The position numbers were made by a program, and so were the translations under genes. 64,000 bases of DNA from the NCBI GenBank assembly GCA_002269645.1, contig NIVC01000153.1:1-64000 (forward strand). The letters run 5' to 3'. Of this stretch, positions 10,823 through 21,700 are shown piece by piece (position 1 is the stretch's first letter; each line of letters opens with the position of its first letter). The notes below the pieces were generated by a model. It worked only from the letters and a program-made list of their open reading frames with translations, was not told the origin of the DNA and ran no database searches. The DNA comes from Macrostomum lignano (lineage: Eukaryota).

Positions 10823-12447
10823 GTGTATGGGCTTTAACAGAGACAACTTAAACTACCGGGACGCGAAACAAGCCAAATCATGGCGAAAAAAGTTGGGGGC
10901 TCGTTTGAGTCTATGGGCGCCCGATTTTTCATGCATTAAATGCTTATTTAGCTTAGCTGCTGAAAAGACTAAGGCCACAGTAGCGTATGATCGCTTAGAA
11001 TAAATTACATCCAGCTTCTTACCTCAAAAATATTTGGTAGGGTTTGTCTCCAACGCTCCCGTTGTCGTGCATCTCAAGGAAAAGCAAATATCGTTGTTCG
11101 GCTCTCTTCTGAGTTATAGTTTGATCTGCAGTTAAAGACGCTGCACTTTCTCGACATTATTTTTCACAGTCGCACAAGAGTTGAGGGCTTTTTATTTGCC
11201 CTCACACCTCTTTAGACTGAAGAGTTACAGTTGGAACGGCCATAGAACACTGCTTTCAAACGAGCCCCCAACTTTTTTCACCATGATTTCGCTTGTTTCG
11301 CGTCCCGGTAGTTTTATAGTTGACCCTGGGTTTTATTGTAATTTACATGTAATTACGTACATATACATGTACGATCAGCTAGCTGGTATCGTAGGTACTG
11401 GGTCAATCATGCGATTGGGTCAATACCCCATAAGCGGAGGGGAGGCCGTATTTTGGTGAAAACTCCCTTGGCCTATTTACAACTTTTCAGTCTGTCAAAA
11501 TTGATGCTCTAATTCGCTATGACATTAGTTGACTTCGTAAATTTAAAGTTACAGCTTATCTTATAAAAACCAATTAAGATGTGCAGTTAAAGTTTTTTCA
11601 ATCTAACTATTAAGGCTTTTTAATTTAAAACAATCCTCGTAGATTACCTTATTACAAACTTTTGTTTTGTTGCTTTAGACATTGTTCCTATGTCAGAAAT
11701 TCAAACTGGCTTTTTTTCATTCGATGACCACAACAAGCAATTGCTCCAATTGGTCTCAGGTCCATCCAATCAGAGAAGTCACGCACTTATTTCCCATTGC
11801 GTTGCGCGAATACTCTGTTTTAGTGAAGGCCAAATTGATTTTGTCCCATTTACTGATCCTGAAGTGCAGTGGTTGACATGAGGGATTTCTCGAACTAAAA
11901 TCAGTCCAATTTAATCAACCAATAATCGAATAATGTAACGTACCAGTACCATTAGTTACCTTGTAGTACAAAATTGACGCAACGCGCCAAGATATTAGTA
12001 AGCCTAACTCGTCTAATGTATTGTTGAAACAATCTAGCCTAGTAGACATCTGAATTAGACAATTTGTAAATTTAACTATAAAAAATATTTGCCCAGCACT
12101 GTTACTGTTGTCTTGACTAGGCTTATCTATGATCTATCCAGTTTATAAAATATTATATTAGCTACTAGAAATAAAATAGAAGCTACTAGTAGACCCTACA
12201 ATTAAAACTTAAAAAAACCAGACATCAAATGCACTGTCTGGTTTGTAGATACACATACATCATTGTCCAGTTTTGGATAAAAATGGCAATAATTTATTTT
12301 TTCTGAACCAAAATACTTGAGTAAACACTTTTCTTAAAGCTGAGAAAGTTTTCTACAACTTTGTTTTTCTTTGGCTCTTATATCTACAAAATATAATTCA
12401 CATTCAGTTTTATTTTATGAAATATAACTTTCTTGTCTAGTTGATGA

Positions 12448-13144
12448 TAGAGCTGTCAAAATTAGAGATTTTATTCGAGACGAGATTCGAGACGAGAAAG
12501 GCTTATAAGTCGAGAATTTCAAGACAAGACAAGACAAAGTAAATCTAAAAAATATATTTCAGAATTGCATCTTGTCTTGCTCTTATCTTGCCTTATCTTG
12601 TCTTAAATTTCTTGATAAGATTCAATTCTAAAATATATTTTTTAGATTTTCCAGAATACTTTCTTAATTCTAGTTTAAATTCTTTGCTATTTATTCATAA
12701 GAATTTATGCTTGTAGTATATAGGCCCTTGGCCCTACTATGTCTATTACTGATTTGTCAAAAGACCTATGTAGATTGTCTTCAAGTCTGCTATGATACAC
12801 CTTGCTGCAGAACTGAAATGATAGGCCTAACTAAAAGAGCACATATGCAATGCAAACTCGTATATAAAATATAACGACATTCATTAAATAACTGCTCAAC
12901 ATTGGCTAGATTTTACCATTTGAAAATTGCCCTATCAAGCGTGTTACAACAAACAATTGTATTTATATGAAAATTTGCTCCCCTTTTTATATCTTATCAC
13001 TTAAAAGCTTTTGAAAAAAGGTATCAGAAAAATTCTTGAATTTCATCTCGAATTTCTTGACAAAATTCGAGATTTCTCTAGACAAGAAAAAATGTCAAGA
13101 TCTTGTCTTGAATCTTGTCTCGTCGAGATCTCGTGACAGCTCTA
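12448..13144. mobile_element. hAT-type MITE, 697 bp
   Basis: Perfect 11-bp TIRs TAGAGCTGTCA / TGACAGCTCTA, perfect 8-bp TSD GTTGATGA (12440-12447, 13145-13152), and CAAGA/TCTTG and CGAGA subterminal repeats. Confidence 0.9.
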
Positions 13145-13289
13145 GTTGATGATATTTTACCCTAACGGATAGCCATTAAGCTTGTCTATCTTATTTAATT
13201 ATCATCTGTGGTTTGTTTTTTTTGTTTAGACATTTTAAAAGTTTTATATTTAATGTAGTGATTTTAATTACCTAATTTTATTAATATTA

Positions 13290-13620
13290 AAGTGTCTATA
13301 AGAATTGCCCATAGCCGTAAACAAATACCTGCCAAGATTTGCTTGCAGGATAAGGCCTATTTGCCTATCAAGATTTGCCTACCAAGTTTTTCTTGCCTAG
13401 ATTTGCCCATAGTACATTTTGCTCAAGAGTGAATTGCCTATAGAGATTTGTTTGCTAAGATTTACTTATAGTGCATTGAAATTACCCTTGGCAATATAGA
13501 CAAATTTGCTCGCCAATAATTGCCTGCAGTGCAATTTGCCCACAAGTAAATTGCCTGCAAGCAAATTGCTTGCCAAGTTAGTTCTTGCTAAGATTTGCCA
13601 ACAATGCTTTTTTCTGCAGC
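13290..13620. repeat. Degenerate ATTTGCC(T/C)A periodic repeat
   Basis: Many spaced TTGCC/TTGCT motifs; heavily decayed. Confidence 0.5.
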
Positions 13621-14103
13621 ATATTTAGCCATAGAGTGCCATTAAATTCATCAACATCAAATTTGTCATCTAATTTGTCATTTATCATCTAATTTATCAA
13701 CTCTGTTGATAATTTCAGTTTACCTTACTATGCACTATTGACAAATTTGGTTCCTAATAGTATACTATTGACTAGCTAAAGTATATTGTTATTGGCTCCA
13801 GCCGAAATCTTCATATTCAAGATTGTCATATATGGGTTATGAAAAAAAACAACTTAATTATCAAAATTGTTATCCTTTCTGCATTTAGACAATGCTGGAT
13901 TCACTAAATTGTCATATTATATGTTTCATTGGCTGCACAAGGATCTCAGCTCTCATTAGTGGCAACAATTAGAATATGTTTATATTTATAATTAATATTC
14001 AATCATAATATTTAATAGCTATTTTAAATATCATTTTTGGTAAATAGCTGCATAATCTAACATTTAATTTTGCAGCTTGCTACTCATTTAGAATCCAATT
14101 AAA

Positions 14104-15407
14104 ATGCTGAGCACACAGCCACAGCAGCAGCAGATCATTCAGCTACCCATGGCTTATGGTGCAGCTGGTGGTATGCAGATTGACACAACTGGATTGCAGC
14201 AGCAGCAGCAGCAGGTTCTGGCGCTGCAGACATCTAATGGGCAGATTGTACACTTGCCTGTGCAGTGTGCAACTGGCCCTGATGGCCAGCTAATGCTAGT
14301 GGTATCCCAGACTGCTGCTGCCCCTGCGCCTCAGTCGCAGGTTGTCCAGGCCAGTCAGTTGCAGCAGCAGCAACAGCAGCAGCAGGCCACTGCAGCCTCA
14401 GTGCCAACCAGTGCTGCAGTCCTGTCTGACGCAGTTGTCGCTTCGCCGAAGCACCAACCAGCTGACACTGTGCCAGCAGCCGCCGTGTCTGTATCCACCA
14501 ATGCATCCGTTCTGTCGGCTGACGCGGCGCTGACTTGTGACGAGCAACAGTCAGCCTCGGCGATGTCGTCAGGCGATGCAGCGACTGGCGAAGAGCCGCT
14601 CTATGTTAATGCCAAGCAGTATCACCGCATCTTGAAGCGGCGGGCGGCCAGGTTTGTTAAGGCGGGTATAGAGTAACCATGACCTCAGTCATTGATCTAT
14701 TTAATCAGTCACCATGACCTCAGTCTTTGATCTATTTAATCAGTCACCATGACCTCAGTCATTGATCTATTTAATCAGTCACCATGACCTCAGTCTTTGA
14801 TCTATTTAATCAGTCACCATGACCTCAGTCATTGATCTATTTAATCAGTCACCATGACCTCAGTCATTGATCTATTTAATCAGTCACCATGACCTCAGTC
14901 TTTGATCTATTTAATCAGTCACCATGACCTCAGTCATTGATCTTGTAAGCAGTCACCATGAGCTCAGTCATTGATTTATTTTTGAATATCTATTTATATT
15001 CAGTCACCATGACCTCAGTCTTTGATCTATTTAATCAGTCACCATGACCTCAGTCATTGATCTTGTAAGCAGTCACCATGAGCTCAGTCATTGATTTATT
15101 TTTGAATATCTATTTATATTCAGTCACCATGAGCTCAGTCATTGATATATTTTATCAGACGCCATGAGCTCAGTCATTGATCAATGCGATCCATATCTGC
15201 CTGTATTTGTTGTACGTTGTAGTGTATTTGTTGAATCCAGCACCACAACATCACATCATCACCAGGGCGAAACTGGAGGCGGAGGGTCGGATCCCGAAGC
15301 AGCGGCAAAAGTACCTGCACGAGTCGCGGCACAAGCACGCCATGAACAGGGTGCGAGGCGCCGGCGGCAGATTCTACTCGCCTGGAGAGCAGCCCGGCCA
15401 AAGGTGA
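14104..15407 (+). CDS. NFYA: Nuclear transcription factor Y subunit alpha (229 aa from ATG14104; an upstream exon is possible)
   Basis: Exons 14104-14651 and 15266-15407 (phase 2, AG|G). Q-rich N-terminus, then [57 protein letters not shown], the canonical NF-YA core. Confidence 0.95.
14677..15181. repeat. 35-bp minisatellite in the NF-YA intron
   Basis: CCATGACCTCAGTCATTGATCTATTTAATCAGTCA tandem units. Confidence 0.92.
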
Positions 15408-15600
15408 ACCTGGGTTCAATAGTAACTAGCTTCTGTTGAATTTCTGTTCGTGTCCTTTTCAGCATTGTGCATCCTGTCTTCTTTCACAAAATAGCTGTTT
15501 TCAATTTATTTACCTCAAAGCCCAATAATTTCTTGTAATTATATTTTTGTTCTTATCTGTCGTATTCTTTATAGCGCCTCTAACATTGCACCTTCACTGC

Positions 15601-15983
15601 ACCCATAGAACCGCCATCAGGCCTCAGCCCCCTTACCCACCCCATAGAATCGCCCTTCAGCAATCTCATAGAATCGCCCCTCACCCACCCCATAGAATCG
15701 CCCCTCAGCAATCTCATAGAATCGCCCCTCACCCACCCCATAGAATCGCCCCTCAGCAATCTCATAGAATCGCCCCTCACCCACCCCATAGAATCGCCCC
15801 TCAGCCACCCCATAGAATTGCCCCTCACCCACCCCATAGGATCACCCCTCAGCCACCCCATAGAATCGCCCCTCAGCCACCCCATAGGATCACCCCTCAG
15901 CCACCCCATAGAATCGCCCCTCAGCCACCCCATAGGATCACCCCTCAGCCACCCCATAGAATCGCCCCTCAGCCACCCCATTA
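15601..15983. repeat. 24-bp minisatellite (CCCCTCAGCCACCCCATAGAATCG)
   Basis: Tandem units visible. Confidence 0.92.
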
Positions 15984-16645
15984 ACTCATATTATCAATGC
16001 AATGGAATCAGCCAATATTGCCATCCTCTCTCGCATGCACATCAATGGTGGATCTAAATCCTGTTAGAAATCCTCATATTCAAGCCAATTATTGTTCTCA
16101 ACTGAGCAGCAAAAGCAGCATATTTATAGCTTCGCTTCACATTTCCTTAGCGAAATTGCATCGCTAATTATGTAGCCATGCGTTCGCTCTGTGCCCTCCT
16201 GTCTTGTCTAGTGCAGCTCTGTTCTTATAACCCGCCTATATACACACACAGACTGTCGCATTTTTGTTTAAATTTATTTAGTTTTAAGATTCAAGTGCGA
16301 TTCAGCAAATGCACAAAACAGTATGGCAAACTCTTTAATGTTATAATGCGTCATCGAATGCCATTAATCTGTCCTGTAACTCTCAGTTGTTTTAGCTGTA
16401 AAAGTATTTTCAAGTGGCACGTCTGTTATAACAAACTAACAGGTGTACTTAATTATATCTCTCTTTTTACCGCTGTTATATATTGTGTTTTTCCGCGAAT
16501 TGCGCGAATGCCGTCTCTTATGTCATTTCAGTATATAAGCCGGCTAAATATACTCAGCTCATCAATTGTCATTGTGCCAGCTGCCACCTTAGATCAATTC
16601 TAGTGCAAACTGATGCTCTGAGTCTGTCTCTTTTGCTATAGTAAC

Positions 16646-17665
16646 TACCCACCGCCCCATCTCCCAGTGTGTCTACCCACCGCCCCATCTCCCAGTGTGT
16701 CTCTACCCACTGCCCCATCTCCCTGTGTGTCTCTACCCACCGCCCCATCTCCCTCCTGTGTGTCTACCCACCGCCCCATCTCCCAGTGTGTCTACCCACT
16801 GCCAAATTTCCCAGTGTGTCTCTAACCACCGCCCCATCTCCCAGTGTGTCTCTACCCACTGCCCCATCTCCCAGTGTGTCTCTACCCACCGCCCCATCTC
16901 CCAGTGTGTCTCTACCCACCGCCCCATCTCCCAGTGTGTCTCTACCCACCGCCCCATCTCCCAGTGTGTCTCTACCCACCGCCCCATCTCCCAGTGTGTC
17001 TCTACCCACCGCCCCATCTCCCAGTGTGTCTCTACCCACCGCCCCATCTCCCAGTGTGTCTCTACCCACCGCCCCATCTCCCAGTGTGTCTCTACCCACC
17101 GCCCCATCTCCCAGTGTGTCTCTACCCACCGCCCATCTCCCAGTGTGTCTCTACCCACCGCCCCATCTCCCAGTGTGTCTACCCACTGCCCCATCTCCCA
17201 GTGTGTCTACCTACTGCCCCATCTCCCAGTGTGTCTCTACCCACTGCCCCATCTCCCAGTGTCTCTACCCACCGCCCCATCTCCCAGTGTCTCTACCCAC
17301 TGCCCCATCTCCCAGTGTGTCTCTACCCACTGCCCCATCTCCCAGTGTGTCTACCTACTGCCCCATCTCCCAGTGTGTCTCTACCCACTGCCCCATCTCC
17401 CAGTGTGTCTCTACCCACTGCCCCATCTCCCAGTGTGTCTACCTACTGCCCCATCTCCCAGTGTGTCTCTACCCACTGCCCCATCTCCCAGTGTCTCTAC
17501 CCACTGCCCCATCTCCCAGTGTCTCTACCCACTGCCCCATCTCCCAGTGTGTCTACCCACTGCCCCATCTCCCAGTGTGTCTACCTACTGCCCCATCTCC
17601 CAGTGTGTCTCTACCCACTGCCCCATCTCCCAGAGTGTCTCTACCCACTGCCCCATCTCCCAGTT
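16646..17665. repeat. 28-30-bp minisatellite (CTACCCACCGCCCCATCTCCCAGTGTGTCT)
   Basis: Tandem units; explains ORFs 16669-17801. Confidence 0.95.
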
Positions 17666-18243
17666 TCTCTGTTCACTGTCCCAATATAATTTATCTTCTA
17701 CACATCATCATCAAAGAGAATTTAAACTGATACATTATGCCATGTATGGCACCATTAGGTACCCGATATGTATGATTAGACAGTGGTGCCTATTTTATTA
17801 ATGACAATAAAGATTTATTTGCTGATTTGGCAAGCAGAAACTACAGTAGCGCATCTAAGAGTATTAAAGCACAGTTTGCGGCGTTTTCAGAAGTGATTAG
17901 TTATCTATCGTATATCATATACCTACTGTACATCACAAAATTGTAAAAATGACTTTGTGTAAATCGTCTTTGAAAAATAATAAGATTTTGCAAAAAGGCC
18001 AGAGCATGATTAATTGCTATTAGCGAGCGATTTTACAATATCTGACAAGTCTATCCGTTGTGTGACACTTGTGAAAGAAATATTAACACATTTTGATTAC
18101 CTATGAAAAATAATCGAAAATTTCTCTTAAGACTGAAGGCACAAGGAAGTAAAAAAGGGGTCCCTTCACCTAAACATAAATAGCTTTTTCTCGCTTCGCA
18201 TGCAGTGTGTAACGTCAAATATTCGTTAGTACGTTAAATATAA

Positions 18244-18480
18244 GTCCCCCTCGGTGGGTGCCCCTGCATGTCTACCCCTAAGAGTCCCCCTGTGGGTGCC
18301 CCTGTCTACCACAAGAGTCCCCCTGTGGGTGCCCCTGTCTACCACAAGAGTCCCTCTGTGGGTGTCTCTGTCTACCCTAAGAGTCCCTCTGTGGGTGTCT
18401 CTGTCTACCCCAAGAGTCCCTCTGTGAGTGTCTCTGTCTACCCCAAGAGAGTCCCTCTGTGGGTGCCGCTATCCACCCTA
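18244..18480. repeat. 30-bp minisatellite (AAGAGTCCCCCTGTGGGTGCCCCTGTCTAC-type)
   Basis: About 7 diverged units. Confidence 0.85.
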
Positions 18481-18765
18481 CGAGCCCTTGATAACTGCAT
18501 GTTGAATTTGAAGACCTCCATAAAGCGATAAATCTACCAAAAAAGCAATTCATGGATCTTTTACATATTACCAATATTTTATTCGGGGTTCATTTGACCT
18601 CTTTAATACTTATTAAACTACATATAAATAATAATACTTATAGTTAATTGTATAAGCAGAGGAACTACATTTTGCGTACTGCATAGTTTTCACTACAATA
18701 TTTCACAATGTTTCCACTTGAGTACAACGTAAAGCGTTGCTCAAGATTGAGTCTGATTGATTGAA

Positions 18766-21700
18766 TCAATCTTTCGACTTGTCGCCCTCGGCAGCTGTAG
18801 TAGCAGTCGCGCCTTCGTCAGCTGACGGCGGAGGCGGCGGCGGTGCCTCGTTCTTCTTGCCGAGGATGTCCATGAGCTCGGCGGACATGTAGTAGGGCTT
18901 TTCGGCCGAGCCGTCGTGGCGCTCCAGGTCCTCCACTGTGTGGGAGTTTGGCGGTAGTGCGGCATTGCGGAAAGAGCGGTCGATGCCCTCCTCTGTCTCT
19001 ACCTCTCCCTCTCTCCCTCTCTCCCTGTCTCCCTCTCTCCCTGTCTCCCTCTCTCCCTGTCTCCCTCCCTCCCTGTCTCCCTCTCTCCCTGTGTCTCCCT
19101 CTCCCTGTCTCCCTCTCTCCCTGTCTCCCTCTCTCCCTGTCTCCCTCTCTCCCTGTCTCCCTCTCTCCCTGTCTCCCTCTCTCCCTGTCTCCCTCTCTCC
19201 CTGTCTCCCTCTCTCCCTGTCTCCCTCTCTCCCTGTCTCCCTCTCTCCCTGTCTCCCTCTCTCCCTGTCTCCCTCTCTCCTGTCTCCCTCTCTCCCTGTC
19301 TCCCTCTCTCCCTGTCTCCCTCTCTCCCTGTCTCCCTCTCTCCCTGTCTCCCTCTCTCCCTGTCTCCCTCTCTCCCTGTCTCCCTCTCTTCCTTGTGCCC
19401 CTCTCTCCCTGTCTCCCTCTCTCCCTGTCTCCCTCTCTCCCTGTCTCCCTCTCTCCCTGTCTCCCTCTCTCCTCTCTCCCTCTCTCCCTGTCTCCCTCTC
19501 TCCCTGTCTCCCTCTCTCCTTGTCTCCCTCTCTCCCTGTCTCCCTCTCTCCCTGTCTCCCTCTCTCCCTGTCTCCCTCTCTCCCTGTCTCCCTCTCTCCC
19601 TGTGTCTCCCTCTCCCTGTCTCCCTCTCTCCCTGTCTCCCTCTCTTCCTTGTGCCCCTCTCTCCCTGTCTCCCTCTCTCCCTGTCTCCCTCTCTCCCTGT
19701 CTCCCTCTCTCCCTGTCTCCCTCTCTCCCTCTCTCCCTCTCTCCCTGTCTCCCTCTCTCCCTGTCTCCCTCTCTCCTTGTCTCCCTCTCTCCCTGTCTCC
19801 CTCTCTCCCTGTCTCCCTCTCTCCCTGTCTCCCTCTCTCCCTGTCTCCCTCTCTCCCTGTGTCTCCCTCTCCCTGTCTCCCTCTCTCCCTGTCTCCCTCT
19901 CTTCCTGTCTCCCTCTCTCCCTCTCTCCCTCTCTCCCTGTCTCCCTCTCTCCCTGTCTCCCTCTCTCCCTGTCTCCCTCTCTCCCTGTCTCCCTCTCTCC
20001 CTGTGTCTCCCTCTCCCTGTCTCCCTCTCTCCCTGTCTCCCTCTCTGCCTCAAGGCTTGGTAATGGAACGGGAACCCCATTCGGTACATCTATGCCCGTC
20101 CGTACTGCAAATAAATTCTGATAATTTCGTGAATTTACGCCACAGCGCTGAAATGAGGATAATAATTCCGCTCTCCTCTTCTCTTTTCCCTCTCCCTCTT
20201 CCACAAAAAAATGTCGCCCTGCCCAGATGCACTCACAGAAGCACAGGAAGATGGTGTCAACTCCCATGCTGTACACGGCGAAGAACAGCGACGTGCAGAA
20301 GTAGCTGAACACGATGATCAGCTGCAACAAATGGGTTCGAATTCTGATTCATCTGCTTGTCAAATTTTCTGCATGAATAATTAACAGTGAAAACAGCATT
20401 TGGAATTAGAAGAGCAACCAGCACCAGAAAATACAAGCGTAATTCCATAACCATTATTTTCTTAAAATTATAGTGAGACAAAGTAAAGTTCACTAAGTTG
20501 CCTTAACCTTACTTTACCGTACAAAGAACCAGACTTACGTGAGTTTGAATATCAAAGTCGGACAATAAGCCACAACGGTACCCACATATAATCCACTAAT
20601 CTTCTCGGACAGCCAACTAATCTGTTCGGACGGGCATCTAATTTACTCGGACAGGCATCTAATCCATTCGGGCATTGATCTAATGTGTTCGGACAGGCAT
20701 CTAATCTAATTCGACAGGCATCTAATCTGTTCGGACAGCCATCTAATCTACTTGGACAGCCATCTAATCTATTCGGACAGGCATCGAATCTGTTCGGACA
20801 GGCATCTAATCTGTTCGGACAGGCATCTAATCTGTTCGGACAGGCATCTAATCTATTTGGACAGGCATCTAATCTACTTGGACAGCCATCTAATCTATTC
20901 GGACAGGCATCGAATCTGTTCGGACAGACATCGAATCCACTCGGACAAAAACAGATAAAATAGACCAGAATCAAGCACCAAGTTACTATAAACAACCTTC
21001 CAAAAAACCAAAAGCCAGAAAATTTGTCCGAAGAAATTCAAGTTACGAGCATCTCCCATCCGCGGCCATGGTTACCAGGCCACTACATGGTACTGTATAG
21101 TTGGCTATAACTGCACTCACAATCACTGGCACAAAATAATAATCCATGCCCTTTGGCGTCACTTTGCCAATCACTTCGCTTTTTTGGCCGAGCGTGCCGT
21201 CAAAGAAGAAGAACGCCAGAGAGCCTTTGGGCATTATGGGAGCTAGGGTATGTATTAAGCAGCTCAAAGTTCATGCTAAAACACGTATTTACAGCATTAA
21301 TTAAGGACACACGGCACTCTGGTTGCATGCGAAGGCTCTGGTGAAGTGAGCATTATCTGTAGTCTTTCATTGTTTGGTGCCAATGTTTAAAAAATTTGTC
21401 GATTTTGAATAGCTACTGCTGCAGACTGGAAAACAATGAAATATATGATGTTGGTGAGCGCCACTGTCTCTCGGTGGGCGCCACTGTCTCTTGGTGGGCG
21501 CCACTGTCTCTTATGTGGGCGCCACTGTCTCTTGATAGCCGCCACTGTCTCTTGGTGGGCACCACTGTCTCTTGGTAGCCGCCACTGTCTCTTGGTGGGC
21601 GCCACTGTCTCTTATGTGGGCGCCACTGTCTCTTGATAGCCGCCACTGTCTCTTGGTGGGCACCACTGTCTCTTGGTAGCCGCCACTGTCTCTTGGTAGG

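Noticed and set aside
11690-11881. 63-aa ORF MSEIQTGFF... upstream of NF-YA
   Set aside because: No recognisable homology and no splice link to NF-YA; could be chance or a uORF.
16669-20330. 350-450 aa ORFs (LPTAPSPSVS, SLSPCLP, ERETGREGD)
   Set aside because: Products of 30-bp and 16-bp tandem arrays; the only real coding parts are CTL exons 18766-18935 and 20237-20321.
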